Below, piece after piece: positions 48,381-57,588 of a stretch of 64,000 bases of DNA. Location: contig CAYJMF010000003.1 in assembly GCA_964370855.1 (NCBI GenBank), forward strand, positions 20,272 through 84,271, in the 5' to 3' direction. Position 1 is the stretch's first letter, and each line of letters begins with the position of its first letter. Source of the DNA: an uncultured Planctomycetota bacterium. Its GTDB lineage: Bacteria; Planctomycetota; JAJSAM01; JAKLKS01. Made by a program: the position numbers and the translations under genes. The notes under the pieces were generated by a model that saw only the letters and a program-made list of their open reading frames with translations, made no database searches and had not been told where the DNA came from.

Positions 48381-50921
48381 TCACAACCGCGGATCCACCG
48401 GCTCGCTCTCCAGCGCCAGCACTCCGAACACGCACTCATGCACCCGCCGCAGCGGCTCCCGCGCCACGAAGCGCCGCAGCCCCTCCAGCCCCAGCGCGAA
48501 CTCCCGCTCGGCCATGGACCGCTTGTGCCCGAGGCCCCGCTCCCGCAGGCGCTCCAGGTTCCCCGGGAGCGCGTACTCCGGCCCGTAGATGATGCGAAGG
48601 TACTCCGACCCCCGGCATTTCACCGCCGGCTGCACGAAGCCCTTCGGCCCCCGGGCCGCGAAGTCGAGGGGCTTCACCACCATGCCCTCGCCCCCGGCCC
48701 CCACCAACTCCTCCCACAAGCGGACCCCCGCCGCGACGCTCTCCTCCTCCGCCAGGTCCACCACCAGGTGCCGCGTCCGCAGCAGCAGCCCGCCCGCCTC
48801 CTCGCACATCCCGCCCAGCGTCTCCATGTGCCAGAGATGGTCGCGGTCCGTGAACACCCGCCCCTCCGCCGCCATCAGGTGGAAGGGGGCGAGCCGGAGG
48901 TCCCCGACCCCCGACACCTCCCAGCAGTAGCGCCCGTAGGCCTCCGTGAACCCACGCGCCGCCGCCGCCCGCTCCCGCGTCCGGTCCAGCCACGCCGCCG
49001 CGTCGGGGTACCGCCCCGCCGCCCCCTCCAGCGCCGCCGCCGCCGCGCCGAGCGCCGCCCGGGCCGCCGCGCCCACGGGGGCGTACTGGGACAGGAGGAG
49101 TTCCCGCGCCTTCGCCGACCAGGGCATCAGTTCCGCGTCGAGCACGACCCAGTCGGTCTCCAGGGACTCCCAGAGCCCCGCCCGGTCCATCCCCGCCTGC
49201 ACCGCTCCGAGGACCTCCGCCTCCACCCCCCGGTCCGGGAAGAACCGCCGCCCCGTCCGCGTGTAGACCACCCCGCTCCCGTCCCCACCGATCCCGAACC
49301 GCCGCAGCGCCGCCGCCTCGTCCCGACAGAGCACCACCACCGCCCGGGAGCCCATGTGCTTCTCTTCGCACACCACCCGGGCCACCCCCTGCTTCCGGAA
49401 GTACGCGAAGGCCTCCTCGGGATGCTCCAGCAGCCCCGGCCGCTGCGAGGTCGCGGAGGGGGACATCGTCGGCGGCAGGTAGACCAGCCACCGGGGGTCC
49501 ACCGCCCAGCGGCTCATCACCTCCAGCGCCGCCGCCGCGTTCTCCTCGCGGATGGTGACCGTGCGCCCCCCGTCCACGTGGAGGATGCGCTTGCCGCTCA
49601 CGTCCTCGATGTGGAGGAGGTGGTCGTGCTCCTGCTGGAGCGTGAGGCCGGGCGTCTCCCCCTCCGCGGGGGCCAGCGGCCGGGCCGGCTCGTACCAGGT
49701 CCGGGCGGCGGGGACCGAGACCAGCTCCCGCTCCGGCCAGCGCAGCGCCGTCAGCCGCCCCCCGAAGACGCAGCCGGTGTCGATGCAGACGGTGTTGTTG
49801 AGCCACTGCGCGTCCAGCACCGGCGTGTGCCCGTAGACCACCGCCGCCCGCCCCCGGTAGTCCCGGGCCCAGGGGTAGCGCACCGGGAGCCCGAACTCGT
49901 CGGTCTCCCCCGTCGTCTCCCCGTAGAGGGCGAAGGAGCGCACCCGCCCCGAGGAGCGGCCCTGGAAGGCCTCCTTGAGCCCCGCGTGGGCCGCCACGAG
50001 GCGCCCCTCGTCGAGCACCAGGTGGCTCACGAGGCCGTCGATGAACGTGGCCACCTCGCCCCGGAACTCCGGGGGCTCCCGCTCCATCTGTTCCATGGTC
50101 TCGGCGAGCCCGTGGGAGAGCTGCACCTGCTTGCCGCGGAGCCTGCGCAGGAGCTTCTGCTCGTGGTTCCCGGGGACGCACAGAGCCGTTCCCGCCGCCG
50201 CCATCCCCATGACGAGCCGGAGCACGCCGGGGCTGTCGGGTCCCCGGTCCACGAGGTCCCCGAGGAAGAGCGCCCGCCGCCCCTCCGGAGGCCGCACGCG
50301 GAAGCCGGTAGTCCGGTCCCCCTCGACGGTGTAGCCGAGGGCGGTGAGGAGGGCGAGCAGCTCCTCGAGGCAGCCGTGGACGTCCCCCACGATGTCGAAG
50401 GGGCCGGCGTCGTCCCTGCGATCGGTCCAGAGGCGGCGCCGCTCCACGGTGGCGGCCTCCACCTCCTCCGGGGAGGAGAGGACGAAGACGTACCGGAACC
50501 CCTCCTTCCCGAGCGTGCGGAGCGAACGGCGGAGCGCGGCCGCGTGCTGGCGGACCACGTGCTCCCCGAAGTCCCGGTCGGGGCGGGCGCGGTTGCGCTC
50601 CCTGCAGAGGGAGGGGGGGAGGTCGAGGACGATGGCCACGGGGAGGACGTCGTGCTCCTTCGCGAGGGCGATGAGGGGCTTGCGGGCCTCGGGCTGGACG
50701 TTGGTGGCGTCCACCACCGTGACGAGCCCCCGGGCGAGGCGCTGGCGGACGACGAAGTGGAGCGTCTCGAAGGCGGCGGCGGAGACGGACTGGTCGTTCT
50801 CGTCGTCGGCGACGAGGCCGCGGAAGAAGTCGGAGGAGAGGACCTCCGTCGGCTTGAAGTGCTTTCGGGCGAAGGTGGACTTGCCGGAGCCGGAGGCGCC
50901 GACGAGGACGACCAGCGCCAT
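48381..50921 (-). CDS. pnkp: polynucleotide kinase-phosphatase-ligase (bacterial Pnkp)
   Basis: P-loop kinase GASGSGKST. Calcineurin-like phosphatase GDVHGC/GDLVDRG/GNHE. Ligase KxxG (EEKHMGSR) adenylyltransferase domain. 846 aa. Confidence 0.85.
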   Translation of the reverse strand: MALVVLVGASGSGKSTFARKHFKPTEVLSSDFFRGLVADDENDQSVSAAAFETLHFVVRQRLARGLVTVVDATNVQPEARKPLIALAKEHDVLPVAIVLDLPPSLCRERNRARPDRDFGEHVVRQHAAALRRSLRTLGKEGFRYVFVLSSPEEVEAATVERRRLWTDRRDDAGPFDIVGDVHGCLEELLALLTALGYTVEGDRTTGFRVRPPEGRRALFLGDLVDRGPDSPGVLRLVMGMAAAGTALCVPGNHEQKLLRRLRGKQVQLSHGLAETMEQMEREPPEFRGEVATFIDGLVSHLVLDEGRLVAAHAGLKEAFQGRSSGRVRSFALYGETTGETDEFGLPVRYPWARDYRGRAAVVYGHTPVLDAQWLNNTVCIDTGCVFGGRLTALRWPERELVSVPAARTWYEPARPLAPAEGETPGLTLQQEHDHLLHIEDVSGKRILHVDGGRTVTIREENAAAALEVMSRWAVDPRWLVYLPPTMSPSATSQRPGLLEHPEEAFAYFRKQGVARVVCEEKHMGSRAVVVLCRDEAAALRRFGIGGDGSGVVYTRTGRRFFPDRGVEAEVLGAVQAGMDRAGLWESLETDWVVLDAELMPWSAKARELLLSQYAPVGAAARAALGAAAAALEGAAGRYPDAAAWLDRTRERAAAARGFTEAYGRYCWEVSGVGDLRLAPFHLMAAEGRVFTDRDHLWHMETLGGMCEEAGGLLLRTRHLVVDLAEEESVAAGVRLWEELVGAGGEGMVVKPLDFAARGPKGFVQPAVKCRGSEYLRIIYGPEYALPGNLERLRERGLGHKRSMAEREFALGLEGLRRFVAREPLRRVHECVFGVLALESEPVDPRL

Positions 50922-50944
50922 GTCGGGGACGGCGATGACCGGGT

Positions 50945-51718
50945 TCACGGGGTCACCGCGGGGCCGGGGCCCTCGAGGCGGAGGCGGACGAGGAGGTCGT
51001 GGAGGGCGGGGCGTGCCGTGGGCTGCTCGGGGAGGTGGCTCTCCGCGGCGACCTTGGGCAACAGCGCCTGGAGGCCCATGAGCTGCCGTTCGTGGTGCTC
51101 GACGGCCACTCCTTGAAGCGACGCCCGCTCGCCGCCCTCCACCTTGAGCGCGATGAGGTCCTCGACCCCCGTCACCGAGAGCGTCCCCAGGAGGCGCGGG
51201 AGGTTCGCTTCGACCTCCCCGGTCGCCATGAGGTGGATGCCCGTCAGGAGGACGCGGTAGCAGTAGAGGAGCGGCTTCGCTCGCCAGGGGGTCCCTTTGA
51301 GGAGGAGCTTCCACTCCGTCTCGAAGAAGCCCATGTAGTGGTGGAAGTGGTGGCGCGTGACGCAGGCCCTGGCGAGCGACATCAGTTCCTCGTGGGCCGG
51401 CGTCGTGAGGACGACGAGCGGGGAGAAGACCTGCTCGAGCACGTAGCCATTCCGGCGGAGCATGAGGCCGAAGAACTTCTTCGCGTCGTGGGTGACCAGG
51501 TCGAGGTCGAGGCCCCCGTCGTCCCCATGGGACTCCAGCGTGTCAGGCCCATGGTCGAGGCCGACGACCTCCTTCGCCGGCAGGACGTGGACCCCGCGGA
51601 GGTCCCAGTCGGAGTCCCTGGAGGGGAATCCATAGAGGTGCGCCCCGCTCACGGTGGCGAAGAGCAGCGGGTGGGGCTGGCCGAGGGCGATGGCGCGCAG
51701 GCGGGGGTCGAGCGTCAC
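50945..51718 (-). CDS. Pol-beta superfamily nucleotidyltransferase (RlaP-type, copy 2)
   Basis: GAHLYGFPSRDSDWDLRGV (GS...DxD). GTGA-coupled to upstream paralog. Confidence 0.6.
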   Translation of the reverse strand: MTLDPRLRAIALGQPHPLLFATVSGAHLYGFPSRDSDWDLRGVHVLPAKEVVGLDHGPDTLESHGDDGGLDLDLVTHDAKKFFGLMLRRNGYVLEQVFSPLVVLTTPAHEELMSLARACVTRHHFHHYMGFFETEWKLLLKGTPWRAKPLLYCYRVLLTGIHLMATGEVEANLPRLLGTLSVTGVEDLIALKVEGGERASLQGVAVEHHERQLMGLQALLPKVAAESHLPEQPTARPALHDLLVRLRLEGPGPAVTP

Positions 51719-52644
51719 AGCGCACTCCTCCGCGCCCGCAGCAGGAACGCGTTCACCCGCTCGTAGTCCGGCACCTCCGGCAGCGCCGTCCCGCGGAACG
51801 CCTCGTCGAAGGCGGCGTGGAGCGAGAGGCGCCAGACCTCCACCTCTTCCCAGGGGACCTCGCCGCGCTTGATGGCCAGCAACCGCTCCCGGTGCTCCCC
51901 GACCCGGACCCGGAGATCCCCCTCGCGCAGGGCATCGATGCCGGAGAGGAGCAGCCGGAGCAGGTGCATGGCGTGCTTCCACTTGATGGTCCCCGTCGTG
52001 CGCAGGTCCTGCTCCAGCTTCTTGAACTGGGAGAGGGTGTACCCGTTGTAGGTCCGGTAGACGAGCCGCGAGAGGAAGGCCGCGCGCATGCCCCGCATCT
52101 CCTCGGCCAGAGGGGAGGCGAAATCGACTTCCGGCGTCCAGAGGCACTCCAGCACGTTGGGGTTGGCCTTGAGCGCGAGGCGCAGGAACTTGCCGAGTTC
52201 CCAGTAGCACTCCTGGTTGTCGGGGTTCTCGATCTGCTCGGGCACGCCGTAGAGCGACCAGTGGAGGTCGGCGGGCGGGAGATAGACGCCCCGGCGGTCC
52301 ACGTCGGAAGTCTCCGTGGCGAGCCCGAAGGCGCGGGAGCCGACCACGCACCGGTAGACGATGTGGCGCTCGTGGAGGCGGAAGTCGGCCAGCAGGTCGG
52401 GGGTGCCACCGGTGTCGTCGGTGAGGGAGTGGCGCCAGATGCGGAGTTCGCTGCGGCGCAGCGACGCCTCGGCCCCGTCGGGGAAGCGGACCCGGTAGGC
52501 GTGGGTCCCGTCGGCGGGGGCGGCCACGATGGTCCCCGTGGCGCCGGCGGGGAGTTCCCGGCCGCCGCCAGCGACGCGGACCGCGGCGCGCGCGACGACG
52601 CGCGTGCCCACGGGCAGCAGCGGTGGGAGGGAGCGGTCATCCAC
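51715..52644 (-). CDS. Pol-beta superfamily nucleotidyltransferase (RlaP-type, copy 1) with N-terminal small domain
   Basis: GSRAFGLATETSDVDRRGV motif. GTG start overlaps hen1 stop. Confidence 0.6.
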   Translation of the reverse strand: MDDRSLPPLLPVGTRVVARAAVRVAGGGRELPAGATGTIVAAPADGTHAYRVRFPDGAEASLRRSELRIWRHSLTDDTGGTPDLLADFRLHERHIVYRCVVGSRAFGLATETSDVDRRGVYLPPADLHWSLYGVPEQIENPDNQECYWELGKFLRLALKANPNVLECLWTPEVDFASPLAEEMRGMRAAFLSRLVYRTYNGYTLSQFKKLEQDLRTTGTIKWKHAMHLLRLLLSGIDALREGDLRVRVGEHRERLLAIKRGEVPWEEVEVWRLSLHAAFDEAFRGTALPEVPDYERVNAFLLRARRSAL

Positions 52645-54040
52645 GGGTGAAGACCCCCATCTGGGTGGGCGGGCCGTGGTCGGTGTCCTCGAAGCCCACG
52701 GGGAGGAAGCGGACCCCGTACCCGAACTTCGCCGCCGCGGCCTCCGCCCAGCCGCGGAACTCCTCCCGGGTCCACTCGAAGCGGTGGTCCTTGTGGCGGA
52801 AGTTGCCCGCGGGGAGGTTCGGGAAGAGGGCGTTGTACTCGGCGTTGGGCGTGGTGACCACGAGCGTGGCCGGCCGCGCGCAGCCGAGCACGACCTGCTC
52901 CATCGCGTCGATGCGGGGGAGGTCGAGGTGCTCGATGACCTCCAGCAGGGCGGCGCCGTCGAAGCCCTCGAGGCGGCGGTCCCGGTAGGTGAGGGAGCCG
53001 TGGAGGAGGTCGATGCGGGCCCGCTGCATCGGGGGCATGGTGTCGAAGTGGAGGCGGCGGGCGGCGGACTCGAGGGCGCGGACGGAGGTGTCCATGCCGA
53101 CGACCTTCTCGAAGGACCGGTCGGCCAGCAGGGCGCGGAGGAACCGTCCCTCCCCGCAGCCGAGGTCGAGGACGGTCTTCGCACCCGCCTCCCGCAGGAC
53201 GGCGAGCGCCGCCTCCACCCGCTGCTCGGCGAGGCTGAAGGGGCGCTCGAGGCAGGCCTCCGCCTCGGCGCGCGTCTCCGCGGCGGCCTCGGCGTCCGGC
53301 TCCTCCTCCCCCACTAGGCGGGCGAGGGCGTCCCGGGTGAGGCGGCGCTGGTGGCGGAGGTAGCGCTCGACGATGGCGTCCCGCTCGGGGTGGGCCGCGA
53401 GCCAGTCCCCGCCGCGGGCGAGGAGTTTCTCCACCTCGTCCTTCCCGACCCAGTAGTGCTTGGCGTCGTCGAGTACGGGGACGAGGACGTAGAGGTGCGT
53501 GAGGAGGTCGGCGAGCCGCTTGGTGGCGGCGAGGCGGACGGTGTAGTAGGGGCTCTCGCCCCACTCGGGGAAGCGGGGGTCGAGGGGGTGGCGCGTCGCG
53601 GTGACGGCGTAGCCGAGGGGCTCGAAGAGCCGGCGGAGGAGCCCGGCCCCGCCGCGGGCGGGGACGACGGCGAGGGTCGCCTCCAGCGGAAGGGGCTCGT
53701 CGGCGAGGTCGGGCCGCTCCTTGCACCGCCCCCCGAGGGCCGAGCCGAACACCCGGGACAGCACCACGCTCAGGAAGGACGACGCCGCGTAGGGCCGGTC
53801 GTTGACGTAGGGCTCGAGCGTCGGCCCTTCCTGCCCCCGGCCGCCGCGGCCGCGGACGAGAGCCACCGGGTCCACCTCCAGCAGGACCGCCGCCGTGCAG
53901 CGCTCGTCCGTCGCCTCGGTGTAGAACACCCGCACCTGCCCGAAGGGCAGCTCGAAGGTCTGCGCCCGGGCGGGGTTCTTGTGGAGCAGGAACCCGAGGT
54001 CCGTCGCGGGGCGGCGGGTGGTGGAGAGGGTGAGGAGCAT
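52637..54040 (-). CDS. hen1: bacterial Hen1 3'-terminal RNA 2'-O-methyltransferase
   Basis: Start MLLTLSTT...DLGFLLHKNP (bacterial Hen1 N-terminus). SAM-MTase motif VLDLGCGEG at C-terminus. Confidence 0.85.
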   Translation of the reverse strand: MLLTLSTTRRPATDLGFLLHKNPARAQTFELPFGQVRVFYTEATDERCTAAVLLEVDPVALVRGRGGRGQEGPTLEPYVNDRPYAASSFLSVVLSRVFGSALGGRCKERPDLADEPLPLEATLAVVPARGGAGLLRRLFEPLGYAVTATRHPLDPRFPEWGESPYYTVRLAATKRLADLLTHLYVLVPVLDDAKHYWVGKDEVEKLLARGGDWLAAHPERDAIVERYLRHQRRLTRDALARLVGEEEPDAEAAAETRAEAEACLERPFSLAEQRVEAALAVLREAGAKTVLDLGCGEGRFLRALLADRSFEKVVGMDTSVRALESAARRLHFDTMPPMQRARIDLLHGSLTYRDRRLEGFDGAALLEVIEHLDLPRIDAMEQVVLGCARPATLVVTTPNAEYNALFPNLPAGNFRHKDHRFEWTREEFRGWAEAAAAKFGYGVRFLPVGFEDTDHGPPTQMGVFTRG

Positions 54041-54124
54041 GGGGGGTATCTTCCGGTCGTGTCGCGATGGCTGTGGGATTCCGGCCAGCGCCATCCTGAC
54101 CTCGTCCTGCTACTGAGTCTTCTC

Positions 54125-54400
54125 CTACTTGGGCGCGAAGAGATCGATGTGGCCACAGTCGGTGCAACGGAATGCGACGACCGGAAGTTCCTGAGTCCTG
54201 GCGGCCTCCTTCGCGGCCATCCGTCCGAGCAGAGAACCGCCACTCGGCATGCGTGGCATCCAGGATTGCGTCTCGACGACGTTTCCGAAGAGCCCCCGCG
54301 AGTCCCGCATGGTGCCCGGCATTGCCGCCCCGCCGCAGCGAACACACCGAACGTCCTTCAAACTCCCGTCCATGGCCATGCCTCCTCCCGAGAGCGCCAT
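54125..54400 (-). CDS. small zinc-ribbon protein
   Basis: CVRCGG...CTDCGH. Immediately upstream of hen1 on the same strand. Confidence 0.35.
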   Translation of the reverse strand: MALSGGGMAMDGSLKDVRCVRCGGAAMPGTMRDSRGLFGNVVETQSWMPRMPSGGSLLGRMAAKEAARTQELPVVAFRCTDCGHIDLFAPK

Positions 54401-54936
54401 CCTGACTGTGCCCTCGTCATTATGCAGCGTGGCGCCCCTGCGCCTGCAGTCCCCCGGTCATCGCCTCCCTGCCCTCGATCCTCCGCATCCTGGCGGTGGC
54501 GGTCAGCACCCTGCTTGCGCTGTTCGTGGGCTGCAGGTTGGCCCGGGGATCAACATGGAGGGTGGCGCTCCTCCTCGTCGCGTTCACTCTCCTTTCCTCG
54601 TCCTTCTTCTCGGTCTTCCTCGGGGGCTTCACGACTGGACGGGAACCGACTTCTCCGTTGTCGCGGCCCTCATGGACGACCCCCGGGCGGGGCAAGGTGG
54701 AGATGGCGAGGGAAGTGACGAGGACGGCGGAGGGGAAGGGCACGACACCGCCCGAGCCGAAGCTCGCTCCAGCCCCGAAGAGAACCACCCGCTTCATTGA
54801 CTGGTTTGATGTGCGGCCGGATGGGTGAAAATGAGTCATGCCGTGTCGTTCAATCCGGGCACCCTCCCCCCCCTTCTTTGGGAGGAGGGGCAGTAGACTT
54901 CGCGTCGCTCCTCCCTGCTGTTCCGGTCCAGGTTAC

Positions 54937-55329
54937 TCAGCCGCCGGGAGGGCCCGACGCAAAGGGAAGCGAGAAGACGCGCTCCACCAAGGACCGGGCG
55001 AACCCGACCCTTTCTTCGAACGGGCGCGCCTCGAAAATCCTATCCACCATGGTGCCCAGCGCCGCGTCCTCCCGTCGCATGGCTGGAAGCCTCTGTTTCG
55101 GAGGCGGGATCCACTCGGCGCGAAACTCAAAGAACAACTCAATGACGGCGGAGACTTTCTGTGTCAGCAGCAGGGACCCGCGCAGCGCGAAGGCCAGAGC
55201 AAGCGCTCCCGCGATTCCAGCGACCAGCGCAGCAGGCGGCTTGCCCCACCGCCTCGGCGATAGCGTAGCGAATTGGGGAGGCGACGAGATCGGGGGCGTG
55301 GTGCGAGCGGCTGCGCGACGCGGCGCCAT
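54937..55329 (-). CDS. small membrane protein, hypothetical
   Basis: TM ALVAGIAGALALAFAL. Divergent from gajA. Lower-GC patch. Confidence 0.25.
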   Translation of the reverse strand: MAPRRAAARTTPPISSPPQFATLSPRRWGKPPAALVAGIAGALALAFALRGSLLLTQKVSAVIELFFEFRAEWIPPPKQRLPAMRREDAALGTMVDRIFEARPFEERVGFARSLVERVFSLPFASGPPGG

Positions 55330-55488
55330 GACCCGACCGACGGAAGCAGCCGTGTGCGTCGCCGAATCCGCCGGACAGGGGACGATGCACGAAGTCTTGC
55401 GACCGATACGTGGGCCTCGTACCCTAGCCGCGCGGCAGGAAGAGCAGTGACCGTCGATCGAGCAACGGGACGGCTGACGGAGGGCACC

Positions 55489-57588
55489 ATGCACATTTCT
55501 GGGCTGACGATCCGCAACTTCCGGAACTTCCACAAGGCGAGTTTCGTGTTCACCAAGGGCGTCAACACGCTCATCGGCGAGAACGGGGCCGGGAAGAGCA
55601 ACGCCCTCTACGCGATCCGCCTCCTGATTGACGACACCCTCTCGCGCCGGGCCATCCGGCTCTCGGAAGACGACTTCGCGCGCGTTCTCCCTGCGTGGAG
55701 GGGCCACTGGATCGTCATCGCGCTCGACTTCAATGAGCTCGACCTGTCAGAAGGCTGCCAGGTCATCCGACACGGCCTCGGGCACGCTGGCGACCCGGGC
55801 GCGGGAAGACTCACCCTATTGTTCCGACCCACCATCGAGGCGCGGACGCGGCTGTTCCAGGCGTCTCGTGACGGCGGGCCCGCGGCGGCCCAGGCGGAGT
55901 TGGCCGGTCTGGCTTTGGAGAACTACGAGTCCGGTTTCACCGGGCGCGCGGGCGCCGACTTCCTCGACGACGACGTCTACCGATCGGTCGCGGGCGACGT
56001 CGAGGGCGGGGTGTTCCCTGACCCGTCCGAGGAAGACGTCGCGCTCGTTGGTACGGCGACGCAGGGACTCCATCAGGAGGTCACCTGCACGTTCGTCAAG
56101 GCGCTGCGCGACGTCGTCGCGGACCTACGGAGCGCCCGCTCCAACCCCCTGCTAGCGTTGCTGCGCGGGGCGGAGAAGACGATCGCCGTCGAGGACGCGG
56201 CCGGCATCACCGCGGCCGTGAAGGGGCTCAACGCGGACATCGCTGGGCTGAAGGAGATCCAGGCGGTAGCGAACGGCGTCCGCAGCACGATGCTGGCTGC
56301 AATCGGCCGGACCTACGCGCCGGAGGTGGACATCTCCTCGGAGCTTCCAGACGACGTCGAACACCTGCTCCAGCACCTCGCACTGCGTATCGGCGAGGAC
56401 TCAGGGCACCGGGGCGACGTCGCCGACGTAGGCCTCGGTGGCGCGAACCTCGTCTTCATCGCGCTCAAGCTCCTTGAGTACGAGCTCAAGCTCGCAAGCG
56501 ATCGCGTCGCGCACTTCCTGCTGATCGAGGAGCCAGAGGCGCACATCCATCCCCATGTGCAGCGCACGCTGTTCGAGAAGTACCGCGCGAAGCGGACGCA
56601 GGTAATCGTCTCAAGCCACTCAACGCACCTCTCGTCTGTCGCAAGCATACGGAGCATGAACGTTCTCGCCCGGCGCGGGAACCATGCGGCCGTTTTCTCG
56701 CCTAGCAACGGACTCACGGACGCCGAGTGCTCCAGGACCGAGCGCTACCTCGACGCGGTTCGAAGCACGCTGCTCTTCGCCAAAGGCGTCATCCTCGTGG
56801 AAGGTGACGCCGAGGCGATCCTCATCCCGACGATCGTGCGCGCGGCATTCGGCGTGGGGATGGACGAGCTCGGAGTCAGCGTTGTCTCGGTCGGAGGCGC
56901 CGTTTTCCGGCAACTGGCGCCGCTCTTTCATCCGGACAGAATCCAGCGTCCGTGCTCCGTGGTGACCGACCTAGATGCCCCGCTCGCGACGCTCCCCGCT
57001 GATCCCTCGCACGACACGACCGCCCAGAAGCGCCATCGGAGAGCGGCGAAGCTTGGGGCGAGCCGCAGAGACGAGCTCGCGGCGCTCTGCAACGGGAACC
57101 GTTGGCTTGGCGCGTTCTTCGCCCCGACGACGTTCGAGGTCGAGTTCCTTCGGGCCGGCAATGCCGCGGTTGTCGTGGATGTCGTAGCGGGCCAAGTCTC
57201 AAAGGGCGCCAGGCTCAAGCGAGCACGGGAGCGCCTCGAGTCCGACGACATCCAGACTGCGGGCACCGAGATCCTGCGCATCGCGAAGGCGGTTGGAAAG
57301 GGGTGGTTCGCCCTCTTGCTAGCCGACCGAATCAAGTCGGACGTGGAGACGCCCCGCTACCTGCTAGAGGCGCTGGCGTTTGCGTCGCGGGAGACCGTGG
57401 ATCTGCGGACCCTGCGGGCGATGGGCGCGTACCGTCTCGAAGCGAAGTTGGCGGACCAGTCGTTGCTGAAGCTGGCCGACCATCGGTTGGCGAGCGACGA
57501 GGAGTTCGTGCGCGAGTACCTGAAGGCATTCCCGATCGACCTCCTCTCGCAACTTTCCGACCTACAGCGCAAGGCACGCGATGGGTAG
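55489..57588 (+). CDS. gajA: OLD-family ATPase-Toprim endonuclease (Gabija GajA-like)
   Basis: ABC ATPase Walker A GENGAGKSN, Walker B FLLIEEPEAHIHPHVQ. C-terminal Toprim VILVEGDAEAIL. Confidence 0.75.
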   Translation: MHISGLTIRNFRNFHKASFVFTKGVNTLIGENGAGKSNALYAIRLLIDDTLSRRAIRLSEDDFARVLPAWRGHWIVIALDFNELDLSEGCQVIRHGLGHAGDPGAGRLTLLFRPTIEARTRLFQASRDGGPAAAQAELAGLALENYESGFTGRAGADFLDDDVYRSVAGDVEGGVFPDPSEEDVALVGTATQGLHQEVTCTFVKALRDVVADLRSARSNPLLALLRGAEKTIAVEDAAGITAAVKGLNADIAGLKEIQAVANGVRSTMLAAIGRTYAPEVDISSELPDDVEHLLQHLALRIGEDSGHRGDVADVGLGGANLVFIALKLLEYELKLASDRVAHFLLIEEPEAHIHPHVQRTLFEKYRAKRTQVIVSSHSTHLSSVASIRSMNVLARRGNHAAVFSPSNGLTDAECSRTERYLDAVRSTLLFAKGVILVEGDAEAILIPTIVRAAFGVGMDELGVSVVSVGGAVFRQLAPLFHPDRIQRPCSVVTDLDAPLATLPADPSHDTTAQKRHRRAAKLGASRRDELAALCNGNRWLGAFFAPTTFEVEFLRAGNAAVVVDVVAGQVSKGARLKRARERLESDDIQTAGTEILRIAKAVGKGWFALLLADRIKSDVETPRYLLEALAFASRETVDLRTLRAMGAYRLEAKLADQSLLKLADHRLASDEEFVREYLKAFPIDLLSQLSDLQRKARDG

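Noticed and set aside
54420-54839. Two competing small ORFs on opposite strands (54420-54839 - and 54496-54828 +), both with signal-peptide-like N-termini
   Set aside because: I could not decide which, if either, is real from sequence alone. Left unannotated.
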